The notes below the pieces were generated by a model. That model saw nothing but the letters and a program-made list of their open reading frames with translations. It was not told the DNA's origin and ran no database searches. 64,000 nt of DNA from a virus: positions 99,027 to 163,026 of the IMG/VR virus record IMGVR_UViG_3300046171_000225, one strand, 5' to 3'. Below, in pieces: positions 28,096-37,492 of the stretch (positions are counted from its first letter, which is position 1; the number at the start of each line of letters is the position of its first letter). Both the position numbers and the translations under genes were made by a program.

Positions 28096-28602
28096 ATGAG
28101 TGGTTTTAGTTCATTTAAGAATAGTAAACTTTTGTTTGAAAACTGGAGAAGTCATGTCACAGAAATCTCTGACCCAGTAGCAGACAAGTTAGCGTCTATG
28201 AGTGACGCAGAAAAAGAAGAAATGGAAGGCATACTAGATTCTGACGACGACAACGAGGGTTCAATGACCCTTCAGGAAGACGGACACACTGATGTTGCCT
28301 CTGCGATGCGCAAACTTAAGGTTGCCTGTGAGAACGCTCAGGACCTTCTAGAGGTGCTTTCTAGAATGCCACACGAAGGAGATCTTCCCTCTTGGTGGAT
28401 GAGTAAAGCTACGCTCGCTTCAAACTACCTTAGCAAGATGAGAGATTATCTTGTTTACCCTTCAGAAAAGCAGCTTAAACTACCTCTAGAAGAGAAAGAC
28501 GATCCTGTCTCTAAAGAAATCAGTAAGCTGGTCGATAAGGGAACTCCTCACAAGCAAGCTGTTGCAATCGCTCTTGATATGGAAGAGAAAGGTAAGATTT
28601 AA
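28096..28602 (+). CDS. leader-bearing modular head protein
   Basis: KLLFENWRSHVTE leader; LQE-DGHTDV, LPSWWMSK and LEE...KQAVAIAL modules. Confidence 0.65.
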   Translation: MSGFSSFKNSKLLFENWRSHVTEISDPVADKLASMSDAEKEEMEGILDSDDDNEGSMTLQEDGHTDVASAMRKLKVACENAQDLLEVLSRMPHEGDLPSWWMSKATLASNYLSKMRDYLVYPSEKQLKLPLEEKDDPVSKEISKLVDKGTPHKQAVAIALDMEEKGKI

Positions 28603-28683
28603 GCAACAGCTTCCTTAAACAAACTAATCTGCATAAATGCAAATTCTAGTACTAATTAGTATGTATCTTTGTAGGGTGGTAAC

Positions 28684-28833
28684 ATGGTTAAGTTTTCTAA
28701 AGATTTGGTAAAAAAGTATATTTTTCAGGCTTTAAAGGAAAGAGATCCAAATATTAAAGCTAAGATAACAAAGAAAGATATCTCCAATATTGTTAGAGAA
28801 GAAGTCTCCTCCTACTACGAGGGGAAAAAATGA
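28684..28833 (+). CDS. 49-aa peptide (not in ORF track)
   Basis: MVKFSKDLVKKYIFQALKERDPNIKAKITKKDISNIVREEVSSYYEGKK; late motif at 28651; ATGA overlap with the next gene. Confidence 0.6.
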   Translation: MVKFSKDLVKKYIFQALKERDPNIKAKITKKDISNIVREEVSSYYEGKK

Positions 28834-29771
28834 ATATAAAACAATTTGAAGATTACTTACGCAAACAAGTCCTTACAGAAAGGAAAGGATATCTGGAAAG
28901 CAGAGAGTCCTTCTCGGAGACAAAAGATCTTAATATTCTGGACGAAGGCGTAATGGATGCAATTGCTTCTTTAATTGGTCGTAGCGAGACAGTTCAGAGG
29001 TTCTTTGCAGGCAGATACCTAAGCTATATGGGAGTTCCAACTAGTAGTAAACTTTACGCCCCATTTATGGCATATATCGCAGATATTGACAAAGTAGAGC
29101 TACAAAAACTATTCAACGGTGAGGCAAAAGCAAGAAAAGATTTTGCCGAGTATTCGACGTTGCTCACACTACAAATTCTACAAAATGATTTTACAGATAT
29201 TTTTGGCTTAAATGAAAAGACTCATATTGGAGGCGCTTTATTAGACGCTATTCAATCTGCTATTGACAGTGACTCATTTAAGGAAGCGGTTAGAGGTTCT
29301 ATTTATGATTCTCTTATGAATGTTAGCAAGGACAATTTCAGTGCCGCTGAGAAAGAATTAGATGGAGATGAAGATGGGATCGATAATGCGGTAGAAAAGA
29401 TCCTCGGGTCAGATTCCAACAAGCCAGATGATATAGAGGCTATAAAAACCAAACTACGAACTGCAAGTGATGAACCACCTCCAGACATTTTTGTACCTGC
29501 AGATCCCAAAGAAGTAGAGCCTGTAAAAACGAAAGTGGCTAAGAAAAAGAAAAAAGCAGAACCTGAAGGTCAACTAGGTCTCTTCGGACAAGAACCAGTG
29601 AAAAAGGAAAAAGAGGTTACTGACGAGTTGGAGGATAAGGAAGAAGATACTGATGATAATCAGGCTGAGGAAGGGCCACAAAGGGGCAATGAAGAAGCTC
29701 AGCAGACAAGCCTGTTTGAAGAATCTTCTCCAATCTCCTCAGAATTGTTACAGAGGATACTAGATCAATGA
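28830..29771 (+). CDS. hypothetical protein with a leader-like N-terminus
   Basis: MNIKQFEDYL...VLTE; LDEG junction; acidic tail. Confidence 0.6.
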   Translation: MNIKQFEDYLRKQVLTERKGYLESRESFSETKDLNILDEGVMDAIASLIGRSETVQRFFAGRYLSYMGVPTSSKLYAPFMAYIADIDKVELQKLFNGEAKARKDFAEYSTLLTLQILQNDFTDIFGLNEKTHIGGALLDAIQSAIDSDSFKEAVRGSIYDSLMNVSKDNFSAAEKELDGDEDGIDNAVEKILGSDSNKPDDIEAIKTKLRTASDEPPPDIFVPADPKEVEPVKTKVAKKKKKAEPEGQLGLFGQEPVKKEKEVTDELEDKEEDTDDNQAEEGPQRGNEEAQQTSLFEESSPISSELLQRILDQ

Positions 29772-30136
29772 ACGATTCAAAGATTAAGACAATCGTGGAA
29801 GAGGTTATCAAAGAGTATTTTGCTCTAGTAGGACCATCCCTTCCCACTGCCGGTAGCGTATCACACCAGACAGTCGGTCCATTTGCTCAGCACATTCGCT
29901 CTGTTTCGGGTGGGCTTGATATTATCCTACAAAGTGTAAATGATGACGTAGCGGAGATTGAGGATGTGGATGCACAAGAACTTTTATTTGTATCTATTCC
30001 CGCTTTGCTTAACAAGATTGACACACTTAAGTCTGCAATTGAGAGAAGAGCCGGACTCAATGACCCCGAATCCCAGAAAAGAGAACCTATAGTCTCTGTT
30101 GAGAAAAGAAAGAAATACTACCTGAAGAGAAAATGA
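29768..30136 (+). CDS. hypothetical protein
   Basis: IKTIVEEVIKE leader class; ATGA overlaps. Confidence 0.6.
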   Translation: MNDSKIKTIVEEVIKEYFALVGPSLPTAGSVSHQTVGPFAQHIRSVSGGLDIILQSVNDDVAEIEDVDAQELLFVSIPALLNKIDTLKSAIERRAGLNDPESQKREPIVSVEKRKKYYLKRK

Positions 30137-30369
30137 GCCTCAATCCCAGCAACTCTTTTGGAGATGGATTCTCCGGTAGATTTGAGTGCGGTGACATCGT
30201 GTCTTGGAAGAATCTTGGAAAAGATGTCAACGTTGGGATGGTGTATGAAATCTATACAATTAAAATGGGCGGTCGTCAAATAAAAAAAGCAAAAATAGCT
30301 TCTTTCAAAGACATGCTGCATTACGAAATACTTGTATTAGAGCTAAAATTAGTTTCAAAAGCTAAGTAG
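30133..30369 (+). CDS. small SH3/KOW-like hypothetical protein
   Basis: GDIVSW...GMVYEI beta-strand pattern. Confidence 0.5.
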   Translation: MSLNPSNSFGDGFSGRFECGDIVSWKNLGKDVNVGMVYEIYTIKMGGRQIKKAKIASFKDMLHYEILVLELKLVSKAK

Positions 30370-30403
30370 TACATACTATTTATAGTGTTGAGGTACCCGC
30401 AAC

Positions 30404-32347
30404 ATGAAATTTAAAGTAATCAAGAAGTGCCAAGAAGATCTTACTTCTTTACATGAACTATTAAAGAGTTTTCTGCCTTTTGCAAAAAATAGAATGGGAT
30501 TTGATAAACCGCCCACAATCTATTTTCAATCAGACGATGCAAATGCAAAAAGGCTTTTAGGAAAAACTGCTCATTATGATCCAACGGCGATGACTGTTAC
30601 CATATACGTCACAGGAAGGCATCCCAAAGACGTTCTAAGGTCCCTCTCGCACGAGTTAGTCCATCATGCACAAAACTGTAGGGGTGAGTTTGCAAAGCTC
30701 CCACAGACGTCTGTAGGCTATGCTCAGAACGATAGTCACTTGAGGGCTATGGAGGAGGAGGCATACAAAGAAGGCAACCTATGTATGCGTGATTGGGAAG
30801 ATGGTGTAAAAGGTGGAAGTATTAGAGTTGACCTTAAGCTAAATGAATCAAAAAATAATATTGTTTCTATGCTGGAGGCTGTATCTATATCTCGTGGTAT
30901 GGGTTCTTACTCTACAAGGAATAGAGATGTAGCAATCGTCCAATCTTTGTTAGTTCAAAGTGATTCTTCCGCACTACCAAGATTTGGAATTGATGGAATC
31001 TTTAGAGGCGAAACTCAAGCAGCTGTCAAGAAATTTCAGAAGAAAAACCAGCTAGACGCAACTGGTACCGTTGATCAGCAGACATACGACCTACTTGTTC
31101 AAAAGGGAGATCTAAAGAAAGCTGAAGAAGAAGCTGAATCTCTCTTTGGTGGATCAGCTTCACCCGGCATGGGATACACAGGAGATGTAGTTGAAAGAAA
31201 AGAGAGAGTTGATCCAAAAACTCTCTTCAACAATCTAGTATCAAGCTTACAAGCAAAGGGGCTCAGTCCTAAAACTTCTCAAGAGGTTTCTAAGGCTCTA
31301 GTTGCAAATGCCAAAGGGGAATCAAACTTTGTTATTGGTATTGCCGGTGACCATGGAGACTATGCAAGTGTCAAGCACGCTGACAAGAACATACCAATCG
31401 CTGGTGATGGCCCTGCTTGTTCTCTTGGCTTGTGGCAGTTTAATGTCTGTGGTGGTCTAGGTCTAGATTTCATGAGAGCCAAAGGCTTGAGTCATGCAAA
31501 TAGCACCGATCAGCAAATATATGATACAATCACAGATTACGATAATCAAATTGATTACATGACAAATTATCTTGCCTCTAGGGGTCTTCCAAAAGATAAA
31601 AATGTTTATTTTTATATTAGTTGGCTAGTAAAGAATGTAATCAGGCCCGCTGAGCAGGCGCGAGCTATAAAATTAAGAAAAGGACATTACGAAAGCCTCA
31701 GAGCTTCGGGTGCTTTTGGCCTAGATCCAACTCTTAAGAGAGTAAGAGTCAAGCCTTCAAGAAAAATGTCAAAAGGCGGTATAATATACCTAGGCGACAG
31801 CCAAATGCAAGGAAATTTTGGAAAAGCTCTTGTTGCTAGGCATGGAAGTGGTGCCCTAATAGCTAAGCAAGGAACAACTGCTTCTAATTGGGTACGCAGC
31901 AGAAGATTGTTAGATGCATTAAAATTAAAACCATCAAGAATAATAATTTCTCTTGGAGGAAATGGTGTCGGAGATGCTGAGGGCTTGTTGAGAATGATTA
32001 AAGATCAGGCCCCTAACGCCAGCGTCATTTGGTCTGGTGCCCCTCCTCCAGTAAAAGATCGATTCTATACGAAGGGCGATAGGTACGAATCACTTTTCAG
32101 AAGCAGAAAAGCAAACAACTCTAGAATAAAACAAATTGTAGAGGACGCAGGTTTTAAATTTATCGATCCTTACGATTATTTTACAAGTTACACATCAAAG
32201 GGAGATGGAATTCATTTACCACGAGATGTTGCATATGCGTATGTTGATAAGACTTTTAATGAAATGAGTTCTCCGCTCAATGAGTGGAAGAATAAAGAAC
32301 TTAATAGACTACTTTTAGAAAAATTTAACTTAGGAGTTACAAAATGA
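30404..32347 (+). CDS. multidomain protein: zincin + PG-binding + lysozyme-like + SGNH hydrolase
   Basis: SHELVHHAQ...EEEA; IDGIFRGETQAAVKKFQ; ANAKGESNF...SLGLWQFN; YLGDSQ...SLGGNG...DGIHL. Confidence 0.75.
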   Translation: MKFKVIKKCQEDLTSLHELLKSFLPFAKNRMGFDKPPTIYFQSDDANAKRLLGKTAHYDPTAMTVTIYVTGRHPKDVLRSLSHELVHHAQNCRGEFAKLPQTSVGYAQNDSHLRAMEEEAYKEGNLCMRDWEDGVKGGSIRVDLKLNESKNNIVSMLEAVSISRGMGSYSTRNRDVAIVQSLLVQSDSSALPRFGIDGIFRGETQAAVKKFQKKNQLDATGTVDQQTYDLLVQKGDLKKAEEEAESLFGGSASPGMGYTGDVVERKERVDPKTLFNNLVSSLQAKGLSPKTSQEVSKALVANAKGESNFVIGIAGDHGDYASVKHADKNIPIAGDGPACSLGLWQFNVCGGLGLDFMRAKGLSHANSTDQQIYDTITDYDNQIDYMTNYLASRGLPKDKNVYFYISWLVKNVIRPAEQARAIKLRKGHYESLRASGAFGLDPTLKRVRVKPSRKMSKGGIIYLGDSQMQGNFGKALVARHGSGALIAKQGTTASNWVRSRRLLDALKLKPSRIIISLGGNGVGDAEGLLRMIKDQAPNASVIWSGAPPPVKDRFYTKGDRYESLFRSRKANNSRIKQIVEDAGFKFIDPYDYFTSYTSKGDGIHLPRDVAYAYVDKTFNEMSSPLNEWKNKELNRLLLEKFNLGVTK

Positions 32348-32688
32348 ATACAAAGAACTGGAAAGACAAAGAGCTTAATAGGCTCCTTATGGAAAGATTC
32401 GGCTACTCAATGTCAGAAGGTGTCTGTGAAGAGGTACATCCCGGCATGTCTCACCAGCAGTACCTAGAAGAAAATGAGTTGGAAGAAATGCACTGCGGTT
32501 CTGGTAAAAGAGATGAAGATTTAGAAGAAATGCACTGTGGCTCTGGCAACAGGGATCAAGAACTAGAAGAAAATGCTTTTGTCCTGGCAGCGGACGCCGC
32601 TAGAGATGCTGGAGAAAAGGAATTTGAATTTCCTAAAGGTTCCGGCAAGATGCATCCAGTGACAATCAAAAAAGACATCCCAGAGTAA
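32344..32688 (+). CDS. small acidic protein with LEE-delimited tandem repeats
   Basis: LEEMHCGSGKRDED-LEEMHCGSGNRDQE-LEENAF; N-terminus WKDKELNRLLMERF. Confidence 0.65.
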   Translation: MNTKNWKDKELNRLLMERFGYSMSEGVCEEVHPGMSHQQYLEENELEEMHCGSGKRDEDLEEMHCGSGNRDQELEENAFVLAADAARDAGEKEFEFPKGSGKMHPVTIKKDIPE

Positions 32689-32702
32689 GCAAGGAAACAT
32701 AG

Positions 32703-33479
32703 ATGCCAGATATCTACGCACATACAGGTGATGCAAACCTGAGAATGAACAACGAATCTTCGTGGTCTGATGCTAGAGATGCCTCTACTGCTGAGGCTAT
32801 TGATACGACTGCCACTTCTTATGCCACTGGCATAAGGGTGCAGAACAACTCAGGAGCTTACACAGTTCGTCGTTATTTTTTAGCGGTAGATACAAGCGGT
32901 ATTTCTTTTAAACCTGCTTCCGCAACTTTAAAAATATATGGCCTCACCAATGCAGGTTCAAATATTATTGCCGTAAAAGTTAATCAAGCAGCTACGGGAG
33001 ACGCTAGTACAAACTTTGCTGCTGCTGACTTTGATCAGATTGATTTTACAACACCATTCTCAAGTGAGTATTCAGCAACTTGGAACACTAGTGGTTACAA
33101 TGAAATTGCTTTAAATGACGCTGCTTTAACAGAAATGTTAAACTTTGATAGCATCAAAATCGCAGTTATTGGCCATGATCATGATTTTCTCAATGTAGAA
33201 CCGTCAGTCGGCTTTTCCAGAACAACAGGATTTTACCCTGCGACAGCAACAAGCGTAGCTAATAGGCCATTAATATCTTACAGCCTAGAACATGGGGAAG
33301 CATCTTACGATGTATCAGATGATTATACTATTTCTACGTTTGGATCTAATAATTTAGACAAACAATTTATCAGAAATGTTGAGCAAGTTCCTTTTTCACT
33401 TGGAGTCAAAGGCCCAAGACACTTAAGAGGAAGAACAACGTCTTATTCTGTGACTTTGGGCAGTAAAGATAAAAAGTAA
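32703..33479 (+). CDS. putative virion structural beta-rich protein
   Basis: Ser/Thr/Ala-rich; RRYFLAVDTSGI...SATLKIYG...RPLISY pattern. Confidence 0.5.
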   Translation: MPDIYAHTGDANLRMNNESSWSDARDASTAEAIDTTATSYATGIRVQNNSGAYTVRRYFLAVDTSGISFKPASATLKIYGLTNAGSNIIAVKVNQAATGDASTNFAAADFDQIDFTTPFSSEYSATWNTSGYNEIALNDAALTEMLNFDSIKIAVIGHDHDFLNVEPSVGFSRTTGFYPATATSVANRPLISYSLEHGEASYDVSDDYTISTFGSNNLDKQFIRNVEQVPFSLGVKGPRHLRGRTTSYSVTLGSKDKK

Positions 33480-33502
33480 CTAATTAGTTAGAGGTTCTAA
33501 GA

Positions 33503-33823
33503 ATGAAAGTTGACTTAAACTCATTAACTAGAAATTTTATACTTCAAGAAGGAAAGAAAGGGTCTGCTGACCCTAATGCCCTCTTGCAAGCAATAAAAGA
33601 AGTGCTGGAGAATGTTCGCCCTAGAAGCAGGACAGATAAGAATAGAATTTTGGTTGCTCAGGCTCATTTGAGAGAAGTTATTAGCTCCTTTCGAAAATTA
33701 CAAGAGCGTGTAAACTTGCTCGAAGAAAAACTTCAAGTCTTAGAAGAAATATCAACTATGGCAGGTGGCAGTGTTGAAGGTGCTGCGGCTCCACTCGGTA
33801 TAAAGGATGAAAAAGATGACTAA
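33503..33823 (+). CDS. coiled-coil hypothetical protein
   Basis: ILQE and LEEISTMAGGSVEG junctions; late motif upstream. Confidence 0.6.
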   Translation: MKVDLNSLTRNFILQEGKKGSADPNALLQAIKEVLENVRPRSRTDKNRILVAQAHLREVISSFRKLQERVNLLEEKLQVLEEISTMAGGSVEGAAAPLGIKDEKDD

Positions 33824-34685
33824 CATTCGTGGACTTAAAAAAATTATAGAAGTTCTATTAAATGAAAGCGAAGCAGAAAGATCTTCTTTATTAAAGGAAG
33901 ACCAGAATGTTTTTAAGTCTTTTATCAGACATTGCATTAATGAAGTATACCAAGAAGTTGAATCTGTCAATGACAAAATTTCTATTCTGAGAGAGACTGT
34001 CCAAGGGATGCTGAAAGAAGCAGAGGCAACCGGGGGATCCCCAGACGCCCCTTCAGATATCACAGCTATTAACTTTTTAAAGAACCTGTTGAAGAATATC
34101 ATTCCTTCTGTTGAGGAGAGCTACAAAGAACTGACATCGTCCAAGAAACAAAGAGCCTCTTTTAGAAAGCACATCCTAAATGCTACTGAGAACCTACTTA
34201 ACAGCCTGGACGCCAATCCTGAATCTCTAGAAGGTGAGTTAGATGAGCTTAAGGTTAAAGTGGCTGATGAGGAGGGTGACGATACTCCTGAAGGTTTTAT
34301 AGATATCTACGACGGAGAAAAAGATTCCAAAGAAGACAAGAGCAAAGATCCAGAAGAAGAGTTTGCGTCTGGTCTAGAAACCATGGATCTAGATAAGACA
34401 GGCAGAAACTCTGCCTTCGAAACATTTAAGAGAATTCAAAACCAGATTGAGAACGAATATTCTAAACTAGACCCTGATGCTAATGTAGAAGGAAGGAGTG
34501 AAACTGAGAGAGAGATATTTAGAGACTACCTACTCTTAAATATGAAACTTTACTTCGATACCTTTGAAGAAGATCTAAGTGTCGCCCCAGAGGAACCAGA
34601 GACTCCAGCAGAAGACGAGTACATCAGTAAGATGGCAGGTGATGATGATAAAGAATTAATACCTCCTGAAGAAGCTGGGCTGTAA
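33807..34685 (+). CDS. acidic hypothetical protein
   Basis: Repeated LNE/LKE/INE/LRE sites in the N-terminal 70 aa. Confidence 0.6.
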   Translation: MKKMTNIRGLKKIIEVLLNESEAERSSLLKEDQNVFKSFIRHCINEVYQEVESVNDKISILRETVQGMLKEAEATGGSPDAPSDITAINFLKNLLKNIIPSVEESYKELTSSKKQRASFRKHILNATENLLNSLDANPESLEGELDELKVKVADEEGDDTPEGFIDIYDGEKDSKEDKSKDPEEEFASGLETMDLDKTGRNSAFETFKRIQNQIENEYSKLDPDANVEGRSETEREIFRDYLLLNMKLYFDTFEEDLSVAPEEPETPAEDEYISKMAGDDDKELIPPEEAGL

Positions 34686-35038
34686 TGGCATGGAAAAAAG
34701 GTGTCAATAGAAAAGGTAAAAATACATACTATAGTATAATAAATAAATTAAAAAAAGAAAAGAAGATAAATAGAGAGTTTGAGATAACAGTCTCTAATTT
34801 ATCACTAGAAGAACTAATAGCACTTAAACTTGAATTGTCAACACAAGCAGTCTCAGGTAAACTTTACGGATTCCAAATATGGGAGAGTTTACCAAAGATA
34901 ATTCAAGAAGCTGCTTTAAAATATGCTGTATCGGCAACTAGAACAGGCACAGAAGCCATGTCTTTTCTCGGTTTAAAGAAAGACCGGTACCACATTTTGA
35001 TGAAGCAGTATGACGTAAACTCCTATTTTGAAGAATAA
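34685..35038 (+). CDS. hypothetical protein with possible Fis-like HTH
   Basis: C-terminal ALKYA...TEAMSFLGL...HILMKQY resembles an HTH_8 pattern. Confidence 0.45.
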   Translation: MAWKKGVNRKGKNTYYSIINKLKKEKKINREFEITVSNLSLEELIALKLELSTQAVSGKLYGFQIWESLPKIIQEAALKYAVSATRTGTEAMSFLGLKKDRYHILMKQYDVNSYFEE

Positions 35039-35080
35039 GAGTCACACTCTGAGTAGGAATAGACTAATTATTATAGGGAG

Positions 35081-35431
35081 GTGATTTACTTGACAGGTAA
35101 AAAAGATAAAGGTAAGCCTTTGAAAAAGGGGTCTTACTCAATGTCAAAAAGAGTTGAAAGAAGGGAAAACATAAAGAGAAAGATGATGGAATTCTATGTT
35201 CAGAACCCCTGTGTTGACTGCGGGGAAACAGATCCTAGAGTTCTTGATTTTGACCATATCAGTAATAAAAAACACAATGTAAGTACTTTACTGAGAAAAG
35301 AATACTCTTGGGACTCAATTCTTGAAGAAGCCAATAAATGTGAAGTAAGATGTGCCAACTGTCATAGAAAGAAAACAGCTATAGAACAAAATCATTATAC
35401 AAATAGATTAATAAATGAATTTTATAATTAG
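35081..35431 (+). CDS. HNH endonuclease
   Basis: PCVDCGETDPRVLDFDH...KCEVRCANCHRKKT. Confidence 0.85.
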   Translation: MIYLTGKKDKGKPLKKGSYSMSKRVERRENIKRKMMEFYVQNPCVDCGETDPRVLDFDHISNKKHNVSTLLRKEYSWDSILEEANKCEVRCANCHRKKTAIEQNHYTNRLINEFYN

Positions 35432-35599
35432 GGGGGGCCGATGTTGTGAAAAGATTCTTAAAATTTCAATTTGGGCTATTGACTGGAACCATTATTGGTA
35501 CTACCGTTGGTACGTTGATTAGTGCTCTTTTATATGGTGCGCTTGGTCTGGATGTACGTAACATTGATGTAATTGAAAAGTGTGTAAGAGAGGGATTAA

Positions 35600-36028
35600 A
35601 TGAAAAAGAGCTTGGTAAGTGAGACAGTGATGGTGTCGGGTGGGTTCGATCCCATCCACAAAGGCCATATTCGTCTTATCCAAGAGGCAGCAAAGCATGG
35701 AGAGGTCATTGCTGTAGCAAACTCTGATGATTGGCTGATGCGTAAGAAAGGATATGTGTTCATGGACTTTGAGCATCGCGCCGAGGTTCTTATGGCCATC
35801 AAAGGTGTTGTCAAGGTTACAGCGGTAGACGATAGCGACGGCACAGTCTGTGCTGCAATCAGGGAACATCGTCCCACATACTTTGCCAATGGCGGAGATC
35901 GTGGCAAAGAAAATACTCCCGAACAAGACGTCTGCGAGGAGCTTGGCGTGCAGATGCTCTGGGGAGTAGGTGGCGAAGACAAGGCAGCTGCTTCTTCTGA
36001 GTTAGTCAAAAGAATAAAAACAAATTGA
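35600..36028 (+). CDS. cytidylyltransferase-like protein (TagD/RfaE-II family)
   Basis: VSGGFDPIHKGH (HIGH-type motif); FANGGDR. Confidence 0.88.
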   Translation: MKKSLVSETVMVSGGFDPIHKGHIRLIQEAAKHGEVIAVANSDDWLMRKKGYVFMDFEHRAEVLMAIKGVVKVTAVDDSDGTVCAAIREHRPTYFANGGDRGKENTPEQDVCEELGVQMLWGVGGEDKAAASSELVKRIKTN

Positions 36029-36087
36029 GGTCGAAACCTAGCTGATATCATTTGCTGTGAACTATTTAAATCAGAAGGGGTTTTTAT

Positions 36088-37443
36088 ATGGCTAAAAAAA
36101 CTTATGTACTGGATACCAGTGTATGTCTGTCTGATGCAAATAGCATTTATAACTATTCTAACAATGATATCATCATTCCTCTGAAAGTCTTAGAGGAGAT
36201 TGATAAGCACAAAAAGAGGCAAGATGGCGTTGGCGTAAACGCTAGAAACATTATCCGGTACTTTGATGAGCTTAGGAGCAAAGGAAGTCTCCAAAAAGGC
36301 GTTCGCTTAGGTAAAGGCAAGGGAATATTAAAAGTTCTTCCTGACAGTCTCTCAGATCTGCCCGCTGACCTAGACCCCGGTGTCCCAGACCATAAGATAT
36401 TGTCATCGGCCATTTCTGCAGACAAAGATAATGGAAACAGAAAGACCATTCTTGTTTCTCGCGATATTAATCTCCGTGTTATCTCTGACGCCGTTGGGAT
36501 CCTCAGCGAAGACTACACTGAAAATCAAATTATTAAAGAAGAGGGTGATCTATATAAAGGATTCCGAAGTGTTTCCGTTGACGAAAAACTGATCGATCAT
36601 TTCTACTCTGGTGAGGAAGTGTACCTAGAAGAAGAGCTTACAAAGACATTTTATCCAAATGAATTCGTTATGATGGTTTCGAACCAAAACGAGAAGAAGT
36701 CTGCTATAGGTAAATTTGTAAACCCATTCACTCCTTTGCATCGCCTTAACGAGTATAAGACTGGCCTCTGGGGTGTTCATTCTAGAAACAAAGAACAAAC
36801 ATTTGCTCTCGATCTTTTAATGGACCCATCAGTTCAGATTGTTTCCCTTGTAGGGAAGGCTGGGTCTGGTAAGACTTTGATCTCTGTTGCTGCAGGCCTA
36901 CAACAAGTGGTATCAAATCCAAATATCGCAGACCTAGCAAAAGGGTTCCGACAGAAAGATGGCTTGTATAAAAAGCTTGTTATCTCACGCCCTGTAATGC
37001 CTATGGGCAAAGATATTGGATTTTTACCGGGTACCATGGAAGAAAAGATGGCTCCGTGGCTCGCACCAGTCCAAGACAACTTGAAGTTTCTAACAGGCAA
37101 CGATCAAACAACACTCCAACAGTATATGGACAAAGGAGTTATCGAGATGGAGGCCCTTACCTACATTCGTGGTCGTTCGATTGCTAATGCTTTTATTGTT
37201 ATCGATGAGGCACAGAACCTTACCCATCACGAAATTAAGACCATTCTGACTCGTGTAGGAGAGGGGACTAAGATTGTTTTGACCGGCGACATCGAACAAA
37301 TCGACAATATTTATGTCAATGAGCGTTCTTCTGGTTTGACTCATGCTGTCGAAAGGTTTAAGGAATATGCAATCGCTGGTCATGTGACTCTCCGCAAGGG
37401 AGAGAGATCTGATGTAGCGTCGTTAGCGGCTAAAGTACTTTAG
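36088..37443 (+). CDS. phoH: PhoH-family ATPase with N-terminal PIN domain
   Basis: YVLDTSV PIN start; GKAGSGKT Walker A; GFLPG; YIRGRS; IDEAQN; TGDIEQID. Confidence 0.93.
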   Translation: MAKKTYVLDTSVCLSDANSIYNYSNNDIIIPLKVLEEIDKHKKRQDGVGVNARNIIRYFDELRSKGSLQKGVRLGKGKGILKVLPDSLSDLPADLDPGVPDHKILSSAISADKDNGNRKTILVSRDINLRVISDAVGILSEDYTENQIIKEEGDLYKGFRSVSVDEKLIDHFYSGEEVYLEEELTKTFYPNEFVMMVSNQNEKKSAIGKFVNPFTPLHRLNEYKTGLWGVHSRNKEQTFALDLLMDPSVQIVSLVGKAGSGKTLISVAAGLQQVVSNPNIADLAKGFRQKDGLYKKLVISRPVMPMGKDIGFLPGTMEEKMAPWLAPVQDNLKFLTGNDQTTLQQYMDKGVIEMEALTYIRGRSIANAFIVIDEAQNLTHHEIKTILTRVGEGTKIVLTGDIEQIDNIYVNERSSGLTHAVERFKEYAIAGHVTLRKGERSDVASLAAKVL

Positions 37444-37447
37444 TCTG

Positions 37448-37475
37448 TTGACAAAAAATATATTTAACTTATAAT
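37448..37475 (+). promoter_or_regulatory. sigma70 consensus promoter
   Basis: TTGACA-N16-TATAAT. Confidence 0.75.
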
Positions 37476-37492
37476 ATCTTTAGGGAGTTACG

